64,000 nt of DNA from Candidatus Moraniibacteriota bacterium. Its GTDB lineage: Bacteria > Patescibacteriota > Minisyncoccia > Moranbacterales > UBA1568. The stretch covers positions 34,407-98,406 of the forward strand of contig JBPOIB010000003.1 of assembly GCA_052034935.1 (NCBI GenBank), read 5' to 3'. How positions within the stretch are numbered: position 1 is the first letter of the stretch; each line of letters opens with the position of its first letter. Below, piece after piece: positions 7,904 through 16,846 of this stretch. A model generated the notes under the pieces. The model did not search any database. It saw nothing but the letters and a program-made list of their open reading frames with translations, and was not told the origin of the DNA. Made by a program: the position numbers and the translations under genes.

Positions 7904-10762
7904 TTATCTTCGCCGTGCCGATTGAGGAACGTTTGGAATCAGAGCAAAGACAACTCCCGAAGAGAAGAGGATGAGGAAGACTGAGAAGAGGACCTTGAGC
8001 GAAAAGAGGACCGATGCGGGGAGGTAGCTCGCAAGCAAGGCGTAATATTTCTTGGCGCCAGACTGGGTGATATTTGATGTCTCTGGCTGTTCTATTTGGA
8101 TATTTGAATTAAAGTATACCTCCGTCGTATCGAGAGAGGATATCCCCCAGATATCGGTCATTGCCTGACGAATATCCGTACTGGGCCGATAGACCGCCGA
8201 TAATGAGACATTATACACCCCCTGGCCAGGCTTGCTGGCAGCGAAAGAGATCGTATTTGATGATTCATCTCCGACGTTAGAGCGTTCGACTGTCCAAGCT
8301 CGTGCCACTTTTGGCGGAGCCTCGTTCGAGAGAAAGTCTGGTGTGAACAAAACACGCAGCTGCACTGAATTCCCCTCATAGGTTTCAAGCGTGCTCTTGC
8401 TGAATTCAGTGTATGCAACACCTTTTGTATCAATGTATTGTCCAAGGACTTTCGGCCAGACATTGTTCTGGTCATTCGAAATGATTGTCACCGCAGGATC
8501 AACAATTTTGAATGATCGGGTTATGGTAACTGATTTTTCTGTTGAAACAACGTTGTCGAGCTTATTGGCCGTTACAGAGATTGTGAATACATCACCGACG
8601 CTTCCGACGATAGGGAAGAAGTTTATACTACTCTGTTTGTCGTCACTGCAGTTAAGAACTGATACCTTCGTATTACAGATGAGCGGCTGGCCGTTGATTG
8701 ACCAGCTGAAATTAGTAAGATCGTTGCCGGGCACTTGAAGGGCGATAATTTCATTCTTTACCACCCGACAAAGCTTCGCATCAAGGCGCTGAATCACCTG
8801 ATACTCCGGCGGATCAGCCGGATTCACAATCCCTGTGCAGATTTCATTCCCGGCGTTGATCGAGAGCTTGGCGGGACTACCAGCGACATTGACCGTATGC
8901 GCCAAAATCTTATCCTGGCTCGCATTGAACTTGACGATCGTATTGCTCCGGCCGCGCCGACTTGCTCCGGCCGCGCCGAAGTTTTCAACCGTATCGACAC
9001 GGAACCGAAGATAGCCAATATTATTCAGGAGGTAATTCGGGAAAGGAGTACCGCCGAACGTATCGGTACTCCGCATATTCATATTCATCGTCACTTTTGC
9101 GACACCATTCCCCTTGACCGGCGAGAGAAGTTTCCGATTATCCGGCAGGCTATTTACCGCGCTTGTGATATTTTCCCAACTCGGAGGGTTGGACGTACCG
9201 TCTGAGGAAAGCTCCACTCGCCACTCATAAAAGATCCCCTGCGTTCCCTGCGCGCCATTATTCACCGTTGCCGTTACCTCAAGGAGATCGCCATCCCCTC
9301 GGGTTGTGACATCATTGATGACATCTTCGGGCGAAGAAGATACCGTCAGTTCAAGATTGGTCGCCTGACCACCCTCGGTCGGATCGACAAGGTTCTTCTC
9401 CAGGCAATCATTCAAGTCCATCGAAATAGTTGGAAAGCTGATCTGATAGCCCTCAATCTGTTTGATATAGGTCCCCGTGCCACCTGCCTTCTCGCAAGTA
9501 TTCTTCGAAAAAGCCCACATGATCATGTTTGAAGAATCCTTGTGCTTCGTCGGAATCATCGAAGTTCCTTCGACCACGACACCAACCTTGTCTCCTGGGA
9601 TGTAGTTCCACTCGAAAGAATCCCTTCCGAGGCCGGCGACATTGGCTTCATCCTTTGCGCCATTATCCGCCGTCGACGGATCGGACGGATCAGTCTGCCA
9701 GAACTTCTCCTCATCCGCGCCATAGGTCCCGTCACCGACGGTAAAACCCGGAGCCTTGGGGAACAAGTGTTCACAGACCGGATTGGAGTCTCTGGCGCTG
9801 GAATAATCGCAGGTGAGCAACTCAACATCACAACTCCTCGCGGTTGCTGGATTCGCAACGCAACACGGGGTACCTGTCGCACATGCAGCAACCGGCGAAG
9901 GAAGCGAGGGGTCAGAGTTATCACAGTACGGCAGACCCGAGACATAGTCATCGCCCGGCGTCCACTCGAACGTGCTTCCGCTCACCCCGACTGAACCGCC
10001 ACCGACGTCTCCGCTTGCGACGCTACCGCCATCGGCACTGCCCGTAATAGTTCCAGCATCGATATTCGTGCTTGATTCCATGCAGACGGCATACGGAGTC
10101 GTGCCACCACATTCGTTCCAAGCGGTATTATTGATATTATTCACCAGTTCGTAATTTTCCCCATCCTCATTGTCATGATAGTAACAATGGTTCGGAACAT
10201 TGACCCGGTTATCACCACCGAAGCGAGCCTGATACCCGTCATTATCCGTATCCGCAGCATAACTCGCCACTGCGAAATCGAACCCCTTGCTCGCGAGCTC
10301 ACGATGGGCCGCAATCTTCCAGTCGTTCTCTCCGATAAGTCCATTACCATCCAAATCGCAGGACGGAATCGGGGGATTCCCCTTTTTGCACTCAGGATGC
10401 TGTAGATACCAGGTGAAGTAGAGTTTACCCACATCGCTTGAAAAGTACGTAGCGAAAGCTCGGGCCGTAATCCGTTCACCCTCTTTCGGGTCCGAGGGTG
10501 AAAAAAAGAGGGAAACTTCCGGAGTAACCTTTTTCGTATTGGCGACATTCATGTTTTCACCCTGATCCTGAACAGCTCCTGTATCGATATGGTAGCGTTG
10601 TTCAAGCTCCGAAGCCGACTGAGACGGAGTGGGGACGCTTGGAACTTTCGGAGCACTGAAAAGGCCGGCATTCGCCGGCATAACTGAAGTGAAGAGCAAC
10701 TGAAGACTCAGTATGATACGGCCGAAACGAAAAGCCTTTTTGTATTTTGGGGAGCTCGACAT
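7904..10762 (-). CDS. Large (952 aa) Cys-rich secreted surface protein with a C-terminal membrane anchor; last gene of the T4SS-like operon
   Basis: Signal peptide (RIILSLQLLFTSVMPANA), many Cys, and a C-terminal hydrophobic segment with a basic tail (LILFSSGVVFALIPNVPQSARRR). Confidence 0.6.
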   Translation of the reverse strand: MSSSPKYKKAFRFGRIILSLQLLFTSVMPANAGLFSAPKVPSVPTPSQSASELEQRYHIDTGAVQDQGENMNVANTKKVTPEVSLFFSPSDPKEGERITARAFATYFSSDVGKLYFTWYLQHPECKKGNPPIPSCDLDGNGLIGENDWKIAAHRELASKGFDFAVASYAADTDNDGYQARFGGDNRVNVPNHCYYHDNEDGENYELVNNINNTAWNECGGTTPYAVCMESSTNIDAGTITGSADGGSVASGDVGGGSVGVSGSTFEWTPGDDYVSGLPYCDNSDPSLPSPVAACATGTPCCVANPATARSCDVELLTCDYSSARDSNPVCEHLFPKAPGFTVGDGTYGADEEKFWQTDPSDPSTADNGAKDEANVAGLGRDSFEWNYIPGDKVGVVVEGTSMIPTKHKDSSNMIMWAFSKNTCEKAGGTGTYIKQIEGYQISFPTISMDLNDCLEKNLVDPTEGGQATNLELTVSSSPEDVINDVTTRGDGDLLEVTATVNNGAQGTQGIFYEWRVELSSDGTSNPPSWENITSAVNSLPDNRKLLSPVKGNGVAKVTMNMNMRSTDTFGGTPFPNYLLNNIGYLRFRVDTVENFGAAGASRRGRSNTIVKFNASQDKILAHTVNVAGSPAKLSINAGNEICTGIVNPADPPEYQVIQRLDAKLCRVVKNEIIALQVPGNDLTNFSWSINGQPLICNTKVSVLNCSDDKQSSINFFPIVGSVGDVFTISVTANKLDNVVSTEKSVTITRSFKIVDPAVTIISNDQNNVWPKVLGQYIDTKGVAYTEFSKSTLETYEGNSVQLRVLFTPDFLSNEAPPKVARAWTVERSNVGDESSNTISFAASKPGQGVYNVSLSAVYRPSTDIRQAMTDIWGISSLDTTEVYFNSNIQIEQPETSNITQSGAKKYYALLASYLPASVLFSLKVLFSVFLILFSSGVVFALIPNVPQSARRR
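8943..8979. repeat. 18-bp perfect direct repeat, two copies with a 19-bp period, inside the 952-aa CDS
   Basis: ttgctccggccgcgccga at 8943-8960 and again at 8962-8979. Confidence 0.8.
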
Positions 10763-10764
10763 AG

Positions 10765-11427
10765 TTATCGAAAAATCAACACGACGGCATCAGTAAGAAA
10801 ATAGAAGAACCACGAAGCCCCATAACTGAAGAGGATCGAACGGGACTGATAGGCGATAAGTCCAGCAAAGGGAGCGAAGAGCATCGCTGGTATCGTCTCG
10901 GCAGACACGCCATCACCCAGGTAGACAAGGAGGAAGAACAGGCCCGTCTGGAAAAGCACCGACCACACCCCCCAGCTCCGGAGCCAGAGGAGCATGATAA
11001 AACCCCGGAAAAAGACCTCATACAATAGTGTGATGAACCCATTGACGAGAATCTGGTAGAGGACAAAGAAAAGAAATTTTTCTTCAACAGCCCTGGGAAG
11101 CTGATAGTCCTTGAGCAGCGGGGTAAAGTTCCAAAGAACGAGGAGCGCTGCCAGGGCAACGATAAGAGCGAGAACACTCCCACCAATACCGGCCCAAATA
11201 TTTCCCTTGTGGAAACCGATAGCCGACAAGGGTCGACCTAGCATTATTTTACAATAGAGGAGAGGAATAACCAAGAATACCCCACTGTACGTAATGAAGC
11301 TCCGGACAAGCGGGTCGACATCACCGTAGTCACCGAGATAGAGAAGGAGAATCAAAGAGCTCAGGACGACAGTTGTTGTCCCGATGAACTCTTTGTAGTG
11401 AGCGAGGAAAACGAGTAATTTATTCAT
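10765..11427 (-). CDS. CPBP-family (CAAX protease-like) intramembrane metalloprotease
   Basis: Polytopic membrane protein with the EVFFRG motif (E-E-x-x-x-R-like). Confidence 0.5.
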   Translation of the reverse strand: MNKLLVFLAHYKEFIGTTTVVLSSLILLLYLGDYGDVDPLVRSFITYSGVFLVIPLLYCKIMLGRPLSAIGFHKGNIWAGIGGSVLALIVALAALLVLWNFTPLLKDYQLPRAVEEKFLFFVLYQILVNGFITLLYEVFFRGFIMLLWLRSWGVWSVLFQTGLFFLLVYLGDGVSAETIPAMLFAPFAGLIAYQSRSILFSYGASWFFYFLTDAVVLIFR

Positions 11428-11534
11428 GGAGTTCTGCCTTCATATCCGAGCATTCGTTCATTTCTCGGAGTCTATTGCACTTAAGAACACGAGCAAGGAC
11501 TACTTCTATTCTATCCTATTTTACTCTTTCCGGA

Positions 11535-12050
11535 CTACGCCTGGGCTACCCCCTGGTTTACACTGACTGAACCAGGCCCAAGAGCCCGACCAATTCGCCT
11601 CCGGACAGCCTGCTGCCCCTTTTGAGCCATTTCAAGAGACATGGCTGACTCGTTTGCATCTTTCTTCGCCAGATAGTATGCAAAGAGGACACTTATTGTA
11701 TTAAATGGAGCCAGCCCAATATAGGGAATGAGGTCTAGGAGGGTAATAAAAAAGAAGGCTATCCGGAGCCAGATACGTCCCCGTCCCCACATGAAGATAA
11801 AAAGGTAGGTCGCTATGAAGGAGCTGAAAAACATCCCGAAAACCCAGCCAACTATCGGAAAAGCGGCAAGAATATCAATCATAAAATCATCAGCCAGGGC
11901 CAGGGTCAAAGGAAACAAGAAAACAGAAAAATCTCCGTCTTTTATCCTCTTTCTGTGCTCGATGGCTGTGCGGACAGCGCTTCGGACGGCTGCCCCCCGA
12001 TTGTTCATTACCCCCGTCCGAGCTGCTGTGGCAAGGTCTGAAAAGGCCAT
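11535..12050 (-). CDS. Hypothetical small polytopic membrane protein
   Basis: Three or four predicted TM helices; no recognisable domain. Confidence 0.4.
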   Translation of the reverse strand: MAFSDLATAARTGVMNNRGAAVRSAVRTAIEHRKRIKDGDFSVFLFPLTLALADDFMIDILAAFPIVGWVFGMFFSSFIATYLFIFMWGRGRIWLRIAFFFITLLDLIPYIGLAPFNTISVLFAYYLAKKDANESAMSLEMAQKGQQAVRRRIGRALGPGSVSVNQGVAQA

Positions 12051-12059
12051 ACAGTACGA

Positions 12060-14435
12060 TTATGGGTTCTGGGCATCGAATTCGCGCTTCGCCTCCTCGA
12101 TCTCGAGGAGTTGGCGCGGATCCGACGTGATGATCTGGTCTTCGCTATACGAAGCGATTACCTTGATAGCGGCATGTTTGGTTCCAGCGAAGAATATCCC
12201 CTCACCAACATTCGATTCGAGAAGCAAGAACTTCTCATGGTCAGTCAGATAGAAGGTCTCCGTGATGTAGTCGATTGAAGCGGGTGATTGACGGAGGAGG
12301 AGCTGCATCGATGAGTTCGTGATAATCGGCTTACCGTAGCGCGACGACATGAAGTCACTGATGTCCTGCGTGATAGTTGTCAGGCCCGTATAGTATTTGC
12401 GACAGCGCTTCGCGATACCGAACAGGAAAGAGGCGGCGTCCTCGTTCTGCATCATGATCCATGCCTCATCAACAACGATAATCCGCTGCCGCAGCTTAGA
12501 TCGGATATCGTTCCAGATATACTGCAGGATGATATACATCGCCACCGGGCGAAGTTCTTCTTCCAAATCCCGGATATTGAAGACGACGAGCTGATTTTCC
12601 GTATCGATATTCGTCTGTTGATTGAGGAATCCCGAGAAAATACCTTCCGTGTATCGCTGGAGTCTGGCGGCGATGGAATCCGCCCCTTCCATGTTCTGAA
12701 GCACTGCATAGAGGTCAGACATGGTCGGAAATGAGTTGGCTGTGAGCGTGCTAAAGCGCGAGTCTTCATGAATATCGCGGATAGCGTACGCCTCCCGGAT
12801 CGCCTGATCAAGAATCGAATCTTCCTCAGGAGACAACGTGCCGAGCATGAGATGGAGCAAACCGATCAGGTTGGCGATCGTATTCCGATACACGCCATTG
12901 CTCTCATCATCCGTGGTCACCTTCGGCATATCGAACGGATTGAGGTGCACATCGGAATTCAGCGACACCTTCAGGAACGCCCCGCCGACCGTCTCACACA
13001 GATGTTTGTATTCGTTCTCGGGATCAATAATGATGACGTTCGATTCGAACATAAGGGCACGCAGCACTTCCAGCTTGACCGTATAGCTCTTACCAGCACC
13101 CGACTTCGCGAAGACGACCATGTTCGCATTCTCCATCTTGAAACGGTCAAAGAGAATGAGCGAGTTATTATGCCGGTTGATCCCATAGAGGATGCCTTCA
13201 TTCGAAGACAGGTCGGAAGAGACGAACGGAAATGTCGTCGAAAGCGGCTCGGTATTCAGGTTATTTGCAACATCCAGCGCATCGTTCGCCAAAGGGCGGG
13301 TCGAAGCAAAACCAGCATCCATTCGGAGCACCGCCGGCTTCGTATACACCAACTGTGCCTCGAGTATTGCTTCAATCGACTGGACTTTTTGAGCCAGGTC
13401 TTTTTCATCTGATCCGTACAGCATCATATAGAGACCAAAGCGGAAAAACTTTTCGGTCCCCTGCTGGAGCCGGTCCCGCAGTTCCTCGATATTTTGGAGA
13501 GCCGCCTCAAGCATAGGATCGCGGATCTTTCCCTCTTCAATCTCGATATTCATCTGCGACTGGACCTGAGTCGCCGACTTCCGGAGCTGCTTCAATATCT
13601 CGGCGGTTTCAATCGGGTGAATGAAGAGCGCCGTGTCCATCGGAAAATCAAGGTTGATGATTGGAGAAAACCAGTTCGTCGAAAGAAATCGCGGATAGGC
13701 GACAACAAACAGCGTCCGTGCGACGACATCGCCGATTTGCATCGTCGCTGGCGTGACTCGGATTGCGGGCGGAGCGATCAAATCCTTGATTGTCGCCAGC
13801 CCTCTCTGGTAGAGCACCTCCGTATCAACGCTCTCATCAGTAACTGCCGTTTTTTTCTTCCCGAACAGTCCAGAAAAAAAACTTTTCTTCGGCTTCGGAG
13901 CAGGTTCGACCGGCGCAGGGACGGGGGTGGGAGCGAGCTTCTTCTCGGCACGTTCTTCTTTCGTCGGCATGGCGAGAGGCAAACCGAATGGCTTTTTCAC
14001 CGGCGCTTCAGCGGCTGATTTTTCTGATGTTTCCGCAACTGCCTCCTTCTCCGGATTATTCTTGGCATCAGCCGGTTTACTTTTTCCAGAGCCTTTGGCT
14101 TTCCCGGTTATTTTCTGCAGCCAGCCCTTCTTCTCCTCAACTGCTGAAACCTCCAGTATTTTCCCCGTTTTAGGCGGGCGGGCGTCGCCCCGGAGGGTCT
14201 GATTCAGAAGCTCGGAAGCTCGGCCGACTGGAGCAATCCAGTCGCTTTCCTCGTCCGGATCAGCCAGCACCCGCTTCTTTGCTGCGCCCGCTGGCCGAGA
14301 AGCCGGCTCAGGACTGCCTGTCTGATCTCCGTCCGAAACGGACATTTTTGCGAGGCTGGAGGCGTCGAGAAGCGAAGGGTCTACCACAGAAACCTTTTTA
14401 GCTGGCCGATCAAAAATAACGCGATTGGTTCCCAT
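12060..14435 (-). CDS. VirB4/TrbE-family T4SS ATPase, C-terminal segment with a disordered K/P/A/E-rich N-terminal linker
   Basis: Walker A VVFAKSGAGKSYTVK; Walker B IIVVDEAW; Gram-positive VirB4 middle-region motifs. The first 200 aa or so are low complexity. The ATG lies one codon after the in-frame TGA that ends the upstream ORF. Confidence 0.85.
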   Translation of the reverse strand: MGTNRVIFDRPAKKVSVVDPSLLDASSLAKMSVSDGDQTGSPEPASRPAGAAKKRVLADPDEESDWIAPVGRASELLNQTLRGDARPPKTGKILEVSAVEEKKGWLQKITGKAKGSGKSKPADAKNNPEKEAVAETSEKSAAEAPVKKPFGLPLAMPTKEERAEKKLAPTPVPAPVEPAPKPKKSFFSGLFGKKKTAVTDESVDTEVLYQRGLATIKDLIAPPAIRVTPATMQIGDVVARTLFVVAYPRFLSTNWFSPIINLDFPMDTALFIHPIETAEILKQLRKSATQVQSQMNIEIEEGKIRDPMLEAALQNIEELRDRLQQGTEKFFRFGLYMMLYGSDEKDLAQKVQSIEAILEAQLVYTKPAVLRMDAGFASTRPLANDALDVANNLNTEPLSTTFPFVSSDLSSNEGILYGINRHNNSLILFDRFKMENANMVVFAKSGAGKSYTVKLEVLRALMFESNVIIIDPENEYKHLCETVGGAFLKVSLNSDVHLNPFDMPKVTTDDESNGVYRNTIANLIGLLHLMLGTLSPEEDSILDQAIREAYAIRDIHEDSRFSTLTANSFPTMSDLYAVLQNMEGADSIAARLQRYTEGIFSGFLNQQTNIDTENQLVVFNIRDLEEELRPVAMYIILQYIWNDIRSKLRQRIIVVDEAWIMMQNEDAASFLFGIAKRCRKYYTGLTTITQDISDFMSSRYGKPIITNSSMQLLLRQSPASIDYITETFYLTDHEKFLLLESNVGEGIFFAGTKHAAIKVIASYSEDQIITSDPRQLLEIEEAKREFDAQNP

Positions 14436-14438
14436 ATA

Positions 14439-15116
14439 TCAGGATTGGAGTTCAATGCCTTCGATATTCCGGACGACACTCGCTGCGAACATCGACGGAT
14501 TATAGCTATTATAAAGCAGTTCGATCAGCTCTTCGGTTCCGAGCGTGGTAGCCCGGATACCCATTGGAGAAAGGCCGGCCGTCACGTGCTCCACCCGCTG
14601 CATGAGCTGCGTCCGATAGGTATCGAAAAGATCCTCTTTGAGACCGACCGTTTTCTTCGGATGGAAGATATCGCCGATTTTTCCAAAAAACCCACCCTTG
14701 GTATTCTCAACTGGGGAAAATGGGATGACCACGTAGAAAAACTTCGACATGATATTCGATATCTCAGTCAGGTTCTTGATGAAACCCTGGTATTCTTTCA
14801 TTTGAAAACGGAGTAGCTCATTTGGTTGCTGCACCTCTTTTTCTCGCAGAAGCTCAATATACGGGTCGATATTGAAACGTCGCGACTGAATCACTACTTG
14901 GACCGGGAAGTCGAGCGAGTTGAGAAAGTTCTGGTACTGACTAATGATTGAATCCTGTTCTTCACTCGACTTAAGGTCGAAATTGATAGAGGAGACCAAA
15001 AGCACCGCCCGGAGCGCCCCGTTCTTGAGGACCAATGCACCGTCACGAATCTCTTCCACATTGACGTAACGCTGGGTGCTTGATCCGCTCGATTGTTTCT
15101 TGGAGAGGAGTTCCAT
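14439..15116 (-). CDS. VirB4 N-terminal domain-like protein, in frame with the downstream VirB4 segment and separated from it by one TGA
   Basis: Motifs resembling VirB4 N-termini of Gram-positive T4SSs: LLVSSINFDLKSSEEQDSIISQYQNFLNSLDFPVQVVIQSRRFNIDPY. Confidence 0.5.
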   Translation of the reverse strand: MELLSKKQSSGSSTQRYVNVEEIRDGALVLKNGALRAVLLVSSINFDLKSSEEQDSIISQYQNFLNSLDFPVQVVIQSRRFNIDPYIELLREKEVQQPNELLRFQMKEYQGFIKNLTEISNIMSKFFYVVIPFSPVENTKGGFFGKIGDIFHPKKTVGLKEDLFDTYRTQLMQRVEHVTAGLSPMGIRATTLGTEELIELLYNSYNPSMFAASVVRNIEGIELQS

Positions 15117-15124
15117 AGGAGCGT

Positions 15125-15517
15125 TTACTTACTATCAAGAATACGAGCGAGACGCGAAAGCTCCTCAGGGCTGATCCGCTTTTCTGCCTTTGCTGGTTTT
15201 GGCGGCTCAACGGGGACCGCTATTTTTTTCGGCCGAGCGACCGGCCGTTCCCAGACAGCCACCTTTGGTCGGAAAAAATAGACGATGCCATGGAAAAAGA
15301 ACGAGACCAGTGGCTGACCTTGCGGCCGATAGAATGCGAGAGCGGAAAAGAGAAGTACAATCGGCACGCCAGTCACAAAAAAGCCGATCAGGCCAATCGT
15401 GTTATAGATGATGAGCAGCGTCACGCCCATCCCCATCATCCAGAGGAGTTGGCGCCACGTCAGGGGACCGGCGATTTTGTCTTCGACATCGATAAATTGC
15501 GGGACACTGAACATCAT
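15125..15517 (-). CDS. PrgI/VirB3-like small membrane protein
   Basis: VPQFIDVEDKIAGPLTWRQLL, then two TM helices; about 130 aa; directly upstream of VirB4. Confidence 0.55.
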   Translation of the reverse strand: MMFSVPQFIDVEDKIAGPLTWRQLLWMMGMGVTLLIIYNTIGLIGFFVTGVPIVLLFSALAFYRPQGQPLVSFFFHGIVYFFRPKVAVWERPVARPKKIAVPVEPPKPAKAEKRISPEELSRLARILDSK

Positions 15518-15610
15518 ACGGCGATTTTGTTTCGGGGCGTAGAAAAATTTCTCGCCCGGACCTTTTTACAACAAAAAAGAGGCTTCTTCGTCAGTATACC
15601 ACGCACCCTT

Positions 15611-16828
15611 TTATGCCGATGGCCGATCATCGTTCCTGAGACGAAGCGGCCGAATCGTGTACGGACTCTTCGGAAGGCTCGCACCCGGTTCACGTTTGAT
15701 GCCCTGAGACGGATGCTGCACCGACTGATTCACGGGAGCCGGTGGCGCCATCGGCGCAACTGGTGGAACGGTCTTTTCCGAAGCTTTCTCAGCGGGAAGC
15801 ACATGTCCGGTTGAAAAATGGAGTGTTTCACCAGAAATATTCTTTTCCGGCGGAGTTGTTTTTGAGAAAAGCGGCTTGAGATTGGCGAGTACCGGTGTTG
15901 CTGGTGTTGGCTTCGGCGGCATCACACCAGACGGCCGAATCGCCGGAGCTGGAGCCATCCCTGGAGCGAATGCTGCTGGACGGACAGTACCGACCGGCAT
16001 CGCGCGCGGCTGAATGAAACGATTCGCCACCGGGCGAGCATTCGTATTCACCTGGGTCAATTCCATCGAAGCATCGCTCCCGGCCGGAAAAATGATTGCT
16101 TCACGCTTCGGATCGATATCGAGCGGGAATCCCTCTTCGATCGACTTCAGGATAAGGTTCAGCTTGGCTCGGTCGTCGTTGGTCAACTTCTTCCCATTCT
16201 GGGACTGAAAGAGGAACCCACCGCGCTTTACCGGTTCATGGAAACCGATACCGAGTTCTTCCCGGTAGGAGCGAATCCAATTCGAGAGCGTCGGCCGGAC
16301 CAATTCCGTCGAATTTCGAAGCTTGATCTTCTCGCTCGTGATCAGCTGATCCGTCACATGTTTGTAGTCACTCATCGCCTTCAAAAGGGGCAGTTTGACA
16401 GTTGCAGGTCTTTCCTCTCGTGGAATATATATTTCCTCTTCAATCACAGGTTCCGGCGCGGGAACAATCGTCATGATTTCTTTCTGAATTGCTTCAACAA
16501 TTGCCTTCGCCTGATCTGGACTCCCACCCTCACTAGACTTCAATGCCGAAGCAATTTTCGTTTCTGCTTCGTCGAAATTTAGGTCACCAAAAAATATTTT
16601 TCGTACAGCGAGACTCACTATCGCTACTCCAACTTCTTGAAGCTGAAAGCGCTTTTCGAAGTCCTGCATCTTCTCAACGACTTCACTTGAGACAAGAATG
16701 TCTTTCTTTTTGGTATCAAGAGTCCGAAACTTCACCCACATCTGAAATTCTTCCTCTACAGAATCGGCATCTGTAAAAACAAGCATTGGATAGTAAGCGT
16801 CACTCAGTTTTACTGCGCTGGTTGACAT
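15611..16828 (-). CDS. Hypothetical T4SS-associated protein, 405 aa, soluble, with a Pro-rich C-terminus
   Basis: No TM; the C-terminal third is Pro/Ala-rich; lies between VirB6-like and VirB3-like genes. Confidence 0.4.
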   Translation of the reverse strand: MSTSAVKLSDAYYPMLVFTDADSVEEEFQMWVKFRTLDTKKKDILVSSEVVEKMQDFEKRFQLQEVGVAIVSLAVRKIFFGDLNFDEAETKIASALKSSEGGSPDQAKAIVEAIQKEIMTIVPAPEPVIEEEIYIPREERPATVKLPLLKAMSDYKHVTDQLITSEKIKLRNSTELVRPTLSNWIRSYREELGIGFHEPVKRGGFLFQSQNGKKLTNDDRAKLNLILKSIEEGFPLDIDPKREAIIFPAGSDASMELTQVNTNARPVANRFIQPRAMPVGTVRPAAFAPGMAPAPAIRPSGVMPPKPTPATPVLANLKPLFSKTTPPEKNISGETLHFSTGHVLPAEKASEKTVPPVAPMAPPAPVNQSVQHPSQGIKREPGASLPKSPYTIRPLRLRNDDRPSA

Positions 16829-16846
16829 ATCTCTTTTCTGACTACC

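Noticed and set aside
14436-14441. TGA in VirB4 as evidence of a UGA-reassigned genetic code (code 25/4) or selenocysteine
   Set aside because: All other long genes (infB, gyrA, pnp, ftsH, uvrD) are open in the standard code without in-frame TGA, and GC is high. No Sec-specific context was evident by eye. It is kept as a finding only as a local event.
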